Position numbers and translations under genes: made by a program | IMG/VR virus record: IMGVR_UViG_3300024239_000013 | Location: 62,001 to 126,000 of that record | Direction: 5' to 3' (one strand) | DNA length: 64,000 bases | Shown: piece after piece, positions 43,328 to 53,923 of the stretch | Numbering within the stretch: position 1 is the stretch's first letter | How the letters are laid out: every line of letters starts with the position of its first letter | The notes under the pieces: model-generated | What the model was told of the DNA's origin: nothing | The model's input: the letters and a program-made list of their open reading frames with translations, nothing else | Databases searched by the model: none

Positions 43328-43644
43328 TCTTCATAGTCCGTAAAATTTGATCCTATTGATATATTTACGTCATCTCCTACGATCAAACCTTCAAAGAAAA
43401 ACCTCTTATCTTTTTTCTTAGGTATCACTGCTATGTGAATATTTTTATATTCCCTTAGCCACTTTTGGAGAAGAGATTGTGTGGGGACTTCTATCTGAAA
43501 ATATCCAATCTGGCTATTATATTGGCTCCTTGTAAGATCCCCATTCTTTTCATAATAAACATTCGAATAAGATGTAAATATAGTGCTAAATCCTATGTCT
43601 CTTGCAGCCTTAGCTGTTTTGAAAGATACTAATTTTTCTTGCAT
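43279..43644 (-). CDS. family C paralogue
   Basis: TAKAAR.IGF...PTQSLLQKWLRE...YEECLE..L.KALK. Confidence 0.75.
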   Translation of the reverse strand: MQEKLVSFKTAKAARDIGFSTIFTSYSNVYYEKNGDLTRSQYNSQIGYFQIEVPTQSLLQKWLREYKNIHIAVIPKKKDKRFFFEGLIVGDDVNISIGSNFTDYEECLEQCLLKALKHYTI

Positions 43645-43648
43645 TTTA

Positions 43649-44842
43649 TTATAGTTCTCTAATTATTTTCATTTTTTCTGCTAAAATCCATTCACCTCCT
43701 TGTGATTCTGGTCTGTTGAAAGTTTCAAAATTTTCAACCTCAACTTCAACCCAAACCCTATCTTTTTTGGATAGATGAGGAGCTTTTGGTTTCTTTAGAC
43801 AATGCCACCCCTTTCTAGATGAATATCCTTTGGTCGGATGTTCCTCTGCTACCATCCACTCGTCGATCGATAATCGCTGTTTTTTGTTTATAAAAAGAGG
43901 GGAAAGCGAACCATCTTTAAGTTTTCTAACTAATTTATAAGCCTTCATCTAATGTTGTCTTTTGTTGTTCAATGGTTTGTTGGGTTTTAGTTATCTCAGA
44001 ACCTAAAACTTCATACGAACACCCAGATCCCGAAGATTTACAGTTTATTTTTTTTAACCAGTACGTCCCATCATATTCATTAAAAGATTCCACAATGAAA
44101 CTTTCATTTGAGACATAGACCAATGATCCTTCTTTAAATTCTTTTTTAACTGTTTTATCTGGCTGATACTGTTGTAGATTTGTCCCACAATCTTTACACC
44201 CAATAGTGAATAAAACTAAAATCAATAATAATTTTTTCATACTATTTTTAAATGTGATTTATGTTCTTTCTTACGTATCAATTAGAAGTTTATAGAATCT
44301 TGTTCGTCTTGTTCTTTTTTATGAATTAAAAAGTTTAATCTATTCTCATATACCAACTCTATGCATTGTGTTTTGTGGATTTTTACTGAATATCCAGTTG
44401 TGTCGAGGATCCAAAAAGAGGTATACCTTGCTTTCTCGAATCTTACTGCCTGAAGTTCATATCCATCACCTTCATAATAAGGGGATTCAAAAGATTCGTA
44501 TCTGTCTTGTGTTATCCCATATTTTTTATTGAAAATTTCTACATATTTCCTATATTCGTCCTTTAGGCTATACCAGCTTGTTTGTTCTGGTAAATAAACT
44601 GCAAATTTCCAAACTGTATAAGATTTTGGACTGCTTACCAAAACTATATTAGCATTAGAATATTGGACCTTTCCGCTTAGAACTATGATGTTTTTATCAC
44701 TGTCAATTACTTTAAATCCCTTTGCTTTAAATTTGGCAACAACTTCATAAAGTTTACCTGAAACTTTAACTCCTAAAAATTCTTGTGAGTATCCTAAAGT
44801 TATTGTAAAAATTAACATTAGGAATGTGATGGTTTTTTTCAT
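43649..44842 (-). other. three CDS (43649-43948; 43935-44240 lipoprotein TIGC; 44282-44842 signal-peptide protein)
   Basis: ORF track, N-terminal hydrophobic signals. Confidence 0.55.
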
Positions 44843-44995
44843 TAAGATATATTTTAATAATTATTTTTTTTTATAAAATTTAATTCTGGATCATATCATT
44901 TATTCCCAGTTTGATTGATATCTACTGAACGATCTTCAGCGGATCCAATAGAATCTAAATCAATTGAAAATTCATAGAAAAACAAATATTTTATT

Positions 44996-45412
44996 CTATT
45001 GTATTAATTTTAAAGATTCCTTTAAAGCAGACTCCAATGCAGATTCATAGGTACAACCCCCTTCTTTTATGAAGAAATATAAATAGTGGTCTGAATATTC
45101 ATCAGTTTTATAGATCTCTACTTTATATTCATTATATCCAGGTTTATTTCGTAATATTTGGATATCTATTTTATGTTCTTCTCTAAGCCACTTCTGTAAA
45201 AGAGATTGTGTTGTTACGTAATACCTTTCACCTTCGTCGAATTCATTATTGCAATCATATATTACACCATCCAAATCTTCGACTATTAAAAACTCATCAT
45301 GCTCCGTGCATAATCCTTTATAGTTGTCACAATAAAAATCTGCAAATCTTAAATTGAATCCTTTTTTCTTAGCCAATTTTGCGGTTTCCTCCGATATCTT
45401 TGTTTCTAGCAT
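44996..45412 (-). CDS. family C paralogue
   Basis: ETAKLAKKKGF...TQSLLQKWLRE...TYESALE..LKESLKLI. Confidence 0.8.
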   Translation of the reverse strand: MLETKISEETAKLAKKKGFNLRFADFYCDNYKGLCTEHDEFLIVEDLDGVIYDCNNEFDEGERYYVTTQSLLQKWLREEHKIDIQILRNKPGYNEYKVEIYKTDEYSDHYLYFFIKEGGCTYESALESALKESLKLIQ

Positions 45413-45479
45413 TTTTTTGTTTTTAAAAAATATAATAATTCTAATATCTTTATAGATTCAATAAATTCCTTATGAAATA

Positions 45480-45725
45480 TTATTCATAATCTTCCGAATC
45501 CTTATTTATATCAAGACTGTCACAAACAGAAAAGATTCCTTTATACTTTTCGTCGTAATCTTCTTCCCAATTCTTCGATATTTCGTTCCAAATATATCCT
45601 TATGAACCTTTAGAGTTTTCCGAATATCTAAATTCAACAATCTCGTCATCAACATCAACCTTTCACTGGATACTTTCGACTCGCCATACAACTTGAACGT
45701 CCTCAAGTAACTTAATTTTTTCCAT
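45480..45725 (-). pseudogene. acidic 81-codon gene with two premature stops
   Basis: MEKIKLLEDVQVVWRVESIQ*KVDVDD...KGS*GYIWNE...EDYE*. Confidence 0.55.
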
Positions 45726-46572
45726 ATTTTTTATATTGTTCAAAACATTTTTTCATTCCACTATAGATTTTAGAATAGTCCTTATTATCTCTTAATTCTA
45801 CACTATGTAAAGCATTTATAATTTCCTCCTCACTATACATTCTTTCTTGTTGCCATTTAGCAATATGAATAAACATTGATTTTATCCAAGTTTTTTCATG
45901 GGGTTGAATGGTTTTTGCTTCTAATAATTCTAAACTATACTTTTCAGCAGCTTCTTCAAGGGTTTCTTGTTTTTGATTTTCTAAAAACTCTTTAACTCCT
46001 TCCTTATCTAAATGTTGAAATTCATTCCAATCTCCAAGAACTTTTTCTTTCGGGTTATTTTTTAGATATTCTTGTAAATTTTCAACAATTGTTTTAGGTT
46101 TGTGTTTTTCTTTTGAAATGATTATTTTGTAAAAAATTTGTGGGTTACATTTATAAGTATAATCACAAGATGATTTAACAGAACTATCACAAGATGTGCA
46201 TTTACAAATAGAATCAAATTTAACCTCCTCACAATTAGGATTTTTAACAAACCATTCTAAAAACTCATCATCAATAGCTTGTACACCATCTTTGATTAAG
46301 TCTTGGTCTGTTGTCATTATGACTAATTTACATTCGGATAAATCAGTTAGATAATTAGGAAACTTATTTAAAATATTTCCTTTTTCTAAATGCCATTTCC
46401 CTTTATGTAGTCTTACATCTTTAATTTCTTCATCATAAGTGATGTAAATGTGTTGGTTATTCAATCTTCCTCCTCTAATAATACAATTCTTATCAAGTCC
46501 TAAATTATTTGTCAATTCAGATCTAAATAATCTACTTGGTTTATCTGTTGGCACTAAATGTATGTTTTTCAT
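45712..46572 (-). CDS. family B paralogue
   Basis: MKNIH..PTDKPSRL / IYIT..EEIK / TTDQDLIKDGVQ.IDDEFLEWFVKNP.CE / KQETLEEAAE / AKWQQE..YSEEE. Confidence 0.85.
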   Translation of the reverse strand: MKNIHLVPTDKPSRLFRSELTNNLGLDKNCIIRGGRLNNQHIYITYDEEIKDVRLHKGKWHLEKGNILNKFPNYLTDLSECKLVIMTTDQDLIKDGVQAIDDEFLEWFVKNPNCEEVKFDSICKCTSCDSSVKSSCDYTYKCNPQIFYKIIISKEKHKPKTIVENLQEYLKNNPKEKVLGDWNEFQHLDKEGVKEFLENQKQETLEEAAEKYSLELLEAKTIQPHEKTWIKSMFIHIAKWQQERMYSEEEIINALHSVELRDNKDYSKIYSGMKKCFEQYKKYGKN

Positions 46573-46577
46573 GACCT

Positions 46578-46970
46578 TTATTTTTCTTTAACAATTTCAA
46601 TTAATTTCTTTAAACATTCAAGTTCTGCTTCTTCTTGTGTTCTACACAAGTACCATTCTCCTATTCCGATTTCCTTATAATTTCCAAAATGTTCATATTG
46701 GAATATGTCAAAACAGAATTTGGGATCTGTTGTTCTGTCTATTTGAATTTCACAAAATAGGTTATATTTCTCTCTAAACCATCTAAATGCTTGTGAGAAT
46801 GTCGGGGCATATATATTTTGAATTGCTTCTTCTAAATAATTGTAATCATTAGGAGAATCCTGATAGTAGATTAAACTATTATTTTGACTATAAAATCCAA
46901 AACAAGATTCATCAAATCCTAATTCTTTTAAAGCTAATGCAATTTTATAAGGTACGAATTCCCTTTCCAT
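46578..46970 (-). CDS. family A paralogue
   Basis: ME.EF.PY..AL.LKELGFDE.C / APTFSQAFRWFREKY / EEAELECLKKLIEIVK. Confidence 0.85.
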   Translation of the reverse strand: MEREFVPYKIALALKELGFDESCFGFYSQNNSLIYYQDSPNDYNYLEEAIQNIYAPTFSQAFRWFREKYNLFCEIQIDRTTDPKFCFDIFQYEHFGNYKEIGIGEWYLCRTQEEAELECLKKLIEIVKEK

Positions 46971-46971
46971 T

Positions 46972-47382
46972 TTAAATTAATTTTAATGCTTCTTGTAACC
47001 CAACCTCGTAGGCTTCTTCATAAGTATCGTAAGTAATATCACCTCTTTTCCACATTTGGATAATACCAACTGGTAATCTATGTAAATCAAATGACCAATT
47101 TAATAATTTATTGTAATTATTATTACTTATTTCAATATGGATATTATGTTGTTCTCTCAACCATTTAGCAAGTAGTGATTGTGTTGGTGCATAAGCAACT
47201 ATTGTTAATATATTACCAAAACTATCTACACTTCCTACAGAATGACTATGATGTAGCTTTATTTTCTTATACTGCTTATTATCACTATTAGGAGTGTTAG
47301 CAAAACAAACATCTGTAAAAATGTTAAATCCTTTTTCTTTTGCAAGTTTTGCTGTTTTAAATGTTATAAGTGTATCTTCCAT
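46972..47382 (-). CDS. family C paralogue
   Basis: TAKLAKEKGF / APTQSLLAKWLRE / TYEEAYEVGLQEALKLI. Confidence 0.85.
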   Translation of the reverse strand: MEDTLITFKTAKLAKEKGFNIFTDVCFANTPNSDNKQYKKIKLHHSHSVGSVDSFGNILTIVAYAPTQSLLAKWLREQHNIHIEISNNNYNKLLNWSFDLHRLPVGIIQMWKRGDITYDTYEEAYEVGLQEALKLI

Positions 47383-47400
47383 AGTTTTTTGTTTGGTAAG

Positions 47401-47886
47401 TTAAAGTTGTTTTTCATTTTGCCCTTTAACAATTTCAAATAATTTCTTTAAACATTCAAGTTCTGCTTCTTCATACGTAAGTGGATGAATGTTTAAATCT
47501 TCTAAAGTTTCACCTTCATCAAACATATCTAATGTTGCGGTAAACCATTCACCTACAGGATATCCCATATAATAAGAATTTTGAGTCCCCTTATTAGTTA
47601 TAAAAATATCGTAATCCCCCCCTAATATAGGGAAAGAATCGTACCCATTTTTTGAACCTAATATGGGTTTCATTGCGTAATGAATATTATATTTCTCTCT
47701 AAACCATCTAAAGATTTGTGAGAACGTTGGAGAAAGACATCCATTATTTCTCTTGAATATATTTCCATTTCTAGCATACTGAATATACAAATAACCATCA
47801 GTACCATAGAAACCAAAGCAAGGTTCATCAAAACCTAAGTCTTTAAGTTCTAATGCTTGTTCATAAGGTATAAATTCTTTTTCCAT
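47401..47886 (-). CDS. family A paralogue
   Basis: Same three constant blocks. Confidence 0.85.
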   Translation of the reverse strand: MEKEFIPYEQALELKDLGFDEPCFGFYGTDGYLYIQYARNGNIFKRNNGCLSPTFSQIFRWFREKYNIHYAMKPILGSKNGYDSFPILGGDYDIFITNKGTQNSYYMGYPVGEWFTATLDMFDEGETLEDLNIHPLTYEEAELECLKKLFEIVKGQNEKQL

Positions 47887-47923
47887 TTATTACTTTTTAA
47901 TTATATAAACACCATGAATTTCT

Positions 47924-48145
47924 TCATATTGAGGTAATCCATTTTTTAAGTTCTTTTATTTCCTTTTTGTAATCATCTTGTTGTACTATTAAACTAAAGT
48001 TTAAAGCGATCGAAAATCCAAATAAAACCACCATTAAAAATACATAATATATTCTTGAATATTTTTTATCATCAATGGCATAGCATACTTTAAAATATCC
48101 TATTATAAATAGAATAATCATTATTACAAGCACTGTTTCTCTCAT
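47924..48145 (-). CDS. small two-TM membrane protein
   Basis: Two hydrophobic segments. Confidence 0.55.
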   Translation of the reverse strand: MRETVLVIMIILFIIGYFKVCYAIDDKKYSRIYYVFLMVVLFGFSIALNFSLIVQQDDYKKEIKELKKWITSI

Positions 48146-48495
48146 AATTTATTTCTTTTATATTGTTCAAACCATTTTTTAAAAACATCTTTCTTAGATA
48201 TTTCAATAATTTCCCATTTTTCTAATTTTATTAACTCTTTATATTGATAATAAAAATCAGCAAATTCAATCATATCTTCCTCTGTATACAAGTTTTTATT
48301 TTGTTCTTGTTGCCATTTAGCACCTTCGATCCATTCGTCCCTATATTGTTTATTTTTATCCCATTCATCATCTTCTAAAACAATTGGGTATAACATATAA
48401 GCAATCTCTTCAAGTGTTTCTTGTTTAGGTTCTTCTAATGGAGTACAATCACAATAAATTGTATGACCACAATAACATTTTGTTTTATTTTCCAT
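48142..48495 (-). CDS. family B C-terminal module with short Cys-rich N-terminus
   Basis: CYCGH..CDC then PKQETLEE...GAKWQQEQNKNLY...WFEQYK. Confidence 0.8.
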   Translation of the reverse strand: MENKTKCYCGHTIYCDCTPLEEPKQETLEEIAYMLYPIVLEDDEWDKNKQYRDEWIEGAKWQQEQNKNLYTEEDMIEFADFYYQYKELIKLEKWEIIEISKKDVFKKWFEQYKRNKL

Positions 48496-48499
48496 TATT

Positions 48500-49285
48500 T
48501 TACTTTTTAAATTGTTTTAAAATTAATTTATTAAACCAATCGCCAAACTGTATTTTTGAAAAACCTACAGATGATAATGCTTCATTATAAGAGTGTTTAG
48601 CAATTTTTTCAACCTCTTCCTCATTATACAAGTTTTTGTTTTGCTCTTGTTGCCATTCTGAACCTAGTCTAAAAAATAATATAAGACTATCAATTAGTGT
48701 TTCGTTTGATATTTTTCCACCTTTAGGATAATCTGAAAAAGTCTTATTAAAAGTTTCTAAAGCAATTCTTTTTGCTATTTGTTCAAGTGTTTCTTGTTTA
48801 GGTTCTTTTTTTGGAATGATTATTTTATATAATTGACCACCGTTATTTAACCACTCATCAAATTCCCTGTCAGTTAACCCTATATCATGTCCGTGAATAT
48901 TTAATTCAACTTCTATCTCATCAGGAGTTTTTTCATCAACATTAATAAACTCACAACTAGGATTTTTAACAAACCATTCTAAAAACTCATCATCAATAGC
49001 TTGTACCCCATCATTTATTAAGTCTTGGTCTGTTGTTAAGATGATTTTAGAAGCATTATCTAATTCTTTAGAAAGTAAATATGATACTTGAACCAATCTA
49101 CCATCTTTAGTGATTATCCAATCATTATCTTTAATGTCTTTTTCAGAAGTAATGTAGATATTTTTAGGTTCAACATATTCAACACCTCCTCTAGGAAATT
49201 TATCAAATATCAAATAGTTTTCCTTTCTAGTTGATAACCATAACCTACTTGGTTTATCTGTTGTTAATAAATGTATGTTTTTCAT
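48500..49285 (-). CDS. family B paralogue
   Basis: All constant blocks. Confidence 0.85.
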   Translation of the reverse strand: MKNIHLLTTDKPSRLWLSTRKENYLIFDKFPRGGVEYVEPKNIYITSEKDIKDNDWIITKDGRLVQVSYLLSKELDNASKIILTTDQDLINDGVQAIDDEFLEWFVKNPSCEFINVDEKTPDEIEVELNIHGHDIGLTDREFDEWLNNGGQLYKIIIPKKEPKQETLEQIAKRIALETFNKTFSDYPKGGKISNETLIDSLILFFRLGSEWQQEQNKNLYNEEEVEKIAKHSYNEALSSVGFSKIQFGDWFNKLILKQFKK

Positions 49286-49290
49286 AATAA

Positions 49291-49680
49291 TTAAATTTTA
49301 AAATCAATATTTTCAGGTTTTAGAATATTTTCATATGCTTCTTTATAAGCTTTTTTTATATAATATGACCCAATTCCTGCATAATAAAAAATATCTGCAA
49401 GTGTTTTGTCTTCTGATTTATTAAATTCATTAGTTGCTAATATTTTTATAAGTCTATCTACTTCATTCTTTAAAGAAGTAAAATAATTATATTCTTCACT
49501 ACCAATTTCGAATTTTTTTACTATTCTATCTTTACCATTATTAATCCAAGTGAAATTATATCTATCAGGTTTATAATCAATATGTTCTATTCTTAAATTT
49601 TTTCCTTCTTCTGCCGATACGTAATAGTATTTAATACGACCTCTAAAATTTATAAGAGCGTAATAATCTTTATTTTCCAT
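49291..49680 (-). CDS. hypothetical protein (MENK start)
   Basis: ORF track, start adjusted. Confidence 0.55.
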   Translation of the reverse strand: MENKDYYALINFRGRIKYYYVSAEEGKNLRIEHIDYKPDRYNFTWINNGKDRIVKKFEIGSEEYNYFTSLKNEVDRLIKILATNEFNKSEDKTLADIFYYAGIGSYYIKKAYKEAYENILKPENIDFKI

Positions 49681-50065
49681 AATTTTGTTCTTTAGCAATT
49701 TCAATTAATTTCTTTAAACATTCAAGTTCTGCTTCTTCGTAAGAATTAAATGATATTCCTTCATGTAAAGTCCAATACATTTCAATATCGCAAAAAACAG
49801 CAAATGTATATGAAGGTTTTGTATGATAATGCACAAATTTATGTAAATTGTGGGTTTTTCTAAACCATCTAAATGCTTGTGAAAATGTTGGTGCAGCAAT
49901 CATTAGTTTATCTCTATTTGAATGAAATGAACATATTTCATCTTTCATAGGAATAGGTTTTAATTTGTTATTTTCTTCTATATCAAAATAAAAACTCAAT
50001 GCTTCATCAAATCCTAATTCTTTTAAAATTAATGCTAAATTATAAGGGATAAATTCTTTTTCCAT
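49670..50065 (-). CDS. family A paralogue
   Basis: Constant blocks. Confidence 0.85.
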   Translation of the reverse strand: MEKEFIPYNLALILKELGFDEALSFYFDIEENNKLKPIPMKDEICSFHSNRDKLMIAAPTFSQAFRWFRKTHNLHKFVHYHTKPSYTFAVFCDIEMYWTLHEGISFNSYEEAELECLKKLIEIAKEQNYGK

Positions 50066-50069
50066 TATT

Positions 50070-50984
50070 TTACTTTTTAAATTGTTGAATCAAGTAAGTT
50101 ATAAACCAATTTCTTTTTCTAACCCACTCATCAAAATTTGTGTTGGAGTTATCTTTTAATTCTTTAGTGTTAATATAATTACTTATATTTATAAGCATGT
50201 CTTTAACTTCTTCCTCTGTATACAAATTTTTATTTTGTTCTTGTTGCCATTTAGCACCATTTATGAAGATTAATCTTTCTGTTTCACTCATATCAAAACC
50301 TGAATCAGTAAAACTATTTATTGTTGTAGGATATAATCTTTCGGCAGCTTCTTCAATTGTTTCTTGTTTTATTTCTTCTTTATCTTGCATCATTGGAATA
50401 GCTAATTTGATTGTCTCTTCACCTATACTTACTAATTCAAACTCTTCTTCTTTTGGTGAATATCCACAATAACATTGTGTTTTAGGTGTTAATGTCATTC
50501 CTTTTGAACCACATTCAGGACAAATATCTTCTTCTTTTGTAATAATTAACACATAAGAATGACTACTTTCATCAAAATAAGGAACTTTGAGAGTTCTAAC
50601 AAAATCACAATTAGGATTTTTTACAAACCATTCTAAGAACTCATCATCAATTTCTTGTACACCATCATTAATTAAGTCTTGGTCTGTTGTTAGGATAATT
50701 TTTTTACAATCACAAATTAAAACTTCAATACCATTAATATGATAGTTTTTTTCTCTAAAAGATTTATTACCGTTCGATTCAGTAATTACTCCAACTTCTA
50801 ATATTCGATTTGTATATAAATGTAAAACAAAACCTTCTTTAATTTCTTCATCAGAAGTGATGTAGATATGTTGATTTAATATAGTATCAGTGCCATATTG
50901 AAATCCTTTAGCAAATCCTAACTTTCCATTATAAATATATAATCTACTTCGTTTTTCTGTTGGTAATAAATGTATGTTTTTCAT
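50070..50984 (-). CDS. family B paralogue
   Basis: Constant blocks; CPECG..CYCG insert. Confidence 0.85.
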   Translation of the reverse strand: MKNIHLLPTEKRSRLYIYNGKLGFAKGFQYGTDTILNQHIYITSDEEIKEGFVLHLYTNRILEVGVITESNGNKSFREKNYHINGIEVLICDCKKIILTTDQDLINDGVQEIDDEFLEWFVKNPNCDFVRTLKVPYFDESSHSYVLIITKEEDICPECGSKGMTLTPKTQCYCGYSPKEEEFELVSIGEETIKLAIPMMQDKEEIKQETIEEAAERLYPTTINSFTDSGFDMSETERLIFINGAKWQQEQNKNLYTEEEVKDMLINISNYINTKELKDNSNTNFDEWVRKRNWFITYLIQQFKK

Positions 50985-50986
50985 AA

Positions 50987-51409
50987 TTATTCTTTAATGT
51001 ATGTGTATTTTGTTAGAATCATAGTTTTAAGTCTCCTTACTTCTCCTATTTGAGCACCTCCTTGACATTTATTAACAAGTTCATTATACTCATTGTACCA
51101 GATTTTTTCTAAATCTTCTTTAGTACCTGTTTTATTTACTAATTCTTCAAAATACTCAGCATAATTCCAGAATATAATAGATTTTCTATTTATAGATATC
51201 GCAAGAATAACCAACCAAGAAAATATCATTCCCATTAAAACACCATATTTTAAATAATTAAGATTATCAGTAAATGTTCTTTCTCCAGAAATGTAGTCTA
51301 ATCCATAGAACAAAGTTGATATAAAAAATATTAAAATTGGATATATTACTATCCACACCTTAAATAAATGTGTCTTTTCGAAAAATCTGTTAAATGTTTT
51401 CATAGACAT
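50987..51409 (-). CDS. two-TM membrane protein, paralogue of 13135-13533
   Basis: Sequence comparison. Confidence 0.6.
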   Translation of the reverse strand: MSMKTFNRFFEKTHLFKVWIVIYPILIFFISTLFYGLDYISGERTFTDNLNYLKYGVLMGMIFSWLVILAISINRKSIIFWNYAEYFEELVNKTGTKEDLEKIWYNEYNELVNKCQGGAQIGEVRRLKTMILTKYTYIKE

Positions 51410-51831
51410 TTTTTCTTAAATTGTTCAAACCATTTATCATAAGTAATATGAACAGGATTATTTTCAACATTATTTTGATAAGATTCAATTATATCGTGAA
51501 CTTCTTCCTCACTATACAATTTTTTATTTTGTTCTTGTTGCCATTTAGCACCATTAATAAAATCTAATTTATTTACTTCACTTGGAACAACATTTTCATA
51601 ATCTAAACCTGTTATTTCTTCCCAATTTTCTGAATATTTTTCAGCAGCTTGTTCGAGTGTTTCTTGTTTAGGTTCAATTTTTTTATAATCAATCCATTCA
51701 AACTTACCTTTATTTTCATAAGAAAATTTACTTGACCATACTTTAATACCTTCATCATAATCATAAAAAGGTTCAGTTTTTAAAATAGTACCATCATTCC
51801 ATTTAATAATACCAATCCAATGTTTTCTCAT
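51400..51831 (-). CDS. chimera: unrelated N-terminus plus family B C-terminal module
   Basis: PKQETLEQAAE...FINGAKWQQEQNK.LYSEEE...WFEQFKKK. Confidence 0.8.
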   Translation of the reverse strand: MRKHWIGIIKWNDGTILKTEPFYDYDEGIKVWSSKFSYENKGKFEWIDYKKIEPKQETLEQAAEKYSENWEEITGLDYENVVPSEVNKLDFINGAKWQQEQNKKLYSEEEVHDIIESYQNNVENNPVHITYDKWFEQFKKKCL

Positions 51832-51832
51832 A

Positions 51833-52630
51833 TTATTTCTTTTTGAATTGTTCTAAACTTTCATTTTCTGTAAAATGACCAATACTACCAAAATCATACA
51901 TTTTTCTCATATCTTCCTCTGTATACAAGTTTTTATTTTGTTCTTGTTGCCATTTAGCACCTTCGATCCATTCGTCCCTATATTGTTTATTTTTATCCCA
52001 TTCATCATCTTCTAAAACAATTGGGTATAACATATGAGCAACCTCTTCAAGTGTTTCTTGTTTTGGTTCTTCTGTGTAGTGACCTTCACTTCCGCAAGGA
52101 GCATCACAAGTTACACATCTGTAAAATTTATTAGCTTCTCCACATAGAATGTATTTAGTTTCTTCTTTTGTAATTATTATTTGATACCCTATTTTTTCAT
52201 GGTAAATATATGGTAGTCCATTAAGATGTCTCTCTCTTAATTCATCAATATTAAAATACCTTAATTTATCAATAACTTCAATAAATTCACATTTTGGATT
52301 CTTTACAAACCATTCTAAGAACTCATCATCAACTTCTTGTACACCATCTTTGATTAAATCTTTGTCAGTTGTTAGAATAATTTTACTATAATGTTCAACA
52401 TCATTGTATGCTTTTTCAAGTCCTTTAAAAACCTTTTGAATATCGTAGTCTTGTGAAGTGCTATGAACATAATCTCCTTTTTTAATCTCTTCATCAGAAG
52501 TTATGTAGATATGAACCCCTTTATTAAAAAATGAATTCTTTGAACATAATTCAAATTCAAATTCATTTATACCTTTAAACAATTGTAATCTACTTGGTTT
52601 TTCTGTTGGTAATAAATGTATGTTTTTCAT
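51833..52630 (-). CDS. family B paralogue
   Basis: Constant blocks. Confidence 0.85.
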   Translation of the reverse strand: MKNIHLLPTEKPSRLQLFKGINEFEFELCSKNSFFNKGVHIYITSDEEIKKGDYVHSTSQDYDIQKVFKGLEKAYNDVEHYSKIILTTDKDLIKDGVQEVDDEFLEWFVKNPKCEFIEVIDKLRYFNIDELRERHLNGLPYIYHEKIGYQIIITKEETKYILCGEANKFYRCVTCDAPCGSEGHYTEEPKQETLEEVAHMLYPIVLEDDEWDKNKQYRDEWIEGAKWQQEQNKNLYTEEDMRKMYDFGSIGHFTENESLEQFKKK

Positions 52631-52652
52631 GCCCTTATTTTTTTAGTGATTA

Positions 52653-53126
52653 TTACATAATATCAGTAGAATGATCAATAAGTTTAAGAGATTCATACAA
52701 ACCCTCCTCTAGTGCATTCTCGTAGGTTTTATGGTGAATAGTAAAGAAAGATAATCTTTTCCAAGGTTTACCCGACGGATTTTCCTTATTTGGAACATAG
52801 ATTTCGAATCCAAAATCTCCAGCGATTTTTTGGACTATTAGGACCCTTATTTTATGGGTCTCTCTTAACCAGCATTGAAGATGTGATTGAGTAGGAGCAG
52901 AATATACCTCATAAGAATTATTCGACATATCAAAACCATCGACACCATTCTTATGATAAAAATTTGACATTTCGACCTGATCTTTTTTATAAGATTCTGG
53001 GTGATCTGGATCATCGTCATAAACGTAATCTTTCTTATAAATCACATATGAATTATAAACTCCTAAATCAAAATTCTTATTCTTAGCTAATTTTGCGGTC
53101 TTCTTTGATATCAATCTATCTACCAT
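52653..53126 (-). CDS. family C paralogue
   Basis: TAKLAK.K.F / APTQS.LQ.WLRE / TYENALEEGL.ESLKLI. Confidence 0.8.
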   Translation of the reverse strand: MVDRLISKKTAKLAKNKNFDLGVYNSYVIYKKDYVYDDDPDHPESYKKDQVEMSNFYHKNGVDGFDMSNNSYEVYSAPTQSHLQCWLRETHKIRVLIVQKIAGDFGFEIYVPNKENPSGKPWKRLSFFTIHHKTYENALEEGLYESLKLIDHSTDIM

Positions 53127-53229
53127 ATCGTTTTATATTATGAAGCAAATCTATAAAATTATTACGGAGATAAAAAATAACAACAAAAAATGCACGCTCT
53201 TTATGTGTGATAATTTTTTGGATTCATAT

Positions 53230-53601
53230 TTAGTCACATTGATCCTTGCATAATCTAATTAATGTGTTAAGGCACTCTAGTCTGGCTTCATCGTAGATAC
53301 TAAATTCTTTAGATTTAATAAAAGTAAAACCGGGTTTCGTTACTACAGAGTAGTATAGTGGTAATTTAGGATTTTCGAAAGCATAGGAAACACTACTCTC
53401 CATTTTATAGTTATATCTAAAAAAATCAAAAGCTTGCTGCCAAAGGGGAGCTGATGCAACTTGACCATGGAAACTGAATTGTTTTTTACAATACTCCATA
53501 TTAAGGTACTTATCATCAAGATAACAAGCATAGCATGGTTCATCAAATCCAAGTTTTTCAAGTTCTAATGCTTGTTCATACGGGATAAATTGTTCTTCCA
53601 T
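53230..53601 (-). CDS. family A paralogue (divergent)
   Basis: FIPYEQALELEKLGFDEPC / APLWQQAFDFFR / YDEARLECL. Confidence 0.8.
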   Translation of the reverse strand: MEEQFIPYEQALELEKLGFDEPCYACYLDDKYLNMEYCKKQFSFHGQVASAPLWQQAFDFFRYNYKMESSVSYAFENPKLPLYYSVVTKPGFTFIKSKEFSIYDEARLECLNTLIRLCKDQCD

Positions 53602-53607
53602 AATCTT

Positions 53608-53922
53608 CTATTTTCGTTTGACAATTTCAATTAATTTCTTTAAACATTCAAGTTCTGCTTCTTCGTATGTTTTAAAAACGCTCAGGTTCCACTTTTCAAA
53701 AAACCACATTCCGTATTTTATTTGTATTGAGTAGTACAGTCCATACTTTTCCCTAAACCATCTAAATGTTTGTGAAAATGTTGGTGCTTTATTGATACCA
53801 TCGGAATATCCATAACAAACTTTATTGTTACTAAACTCGTCATAAAATCCCAAACAAGATTCATTAAAACCTAATTCTTTTAAAGATAATGCAACTTCAT
53901 AAGGTAAAAACTCTTTTTCCAT
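53608..53922 (-). CDS. family A paralogue (shortest)
   Basis: Constant blocks. Confidence 0.85.
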   Translation of the reverse strand: MEKEFLPYEVALSLKELGFNESCLGFYDEFSNNKVCYGYSDGINKAPTFSQTFRWFREKYGLYYSIQIKYGMWFFEKWNLSVFKTYEEAELECLKKLIEIVKRK

Positions 53923-53923
53923 T

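Noticed and set aside
45506-45706. Track ORF MRTFKLYG...
   Set aside because: Probably a shadow frame of the pseudogene at 45480-45725
45480-45725. Stop-codon reassignment
   Set aside because: The internal stops are both TGA and TAA, and TAG, TGA and TAA all end intact genes elsewhere
48271-52073. Diversity-generating retroelement TR/VR pair
   Set aside because: No reverse transcriptase in the window, mismatches are not confined to adenines, and variable segments differ in length
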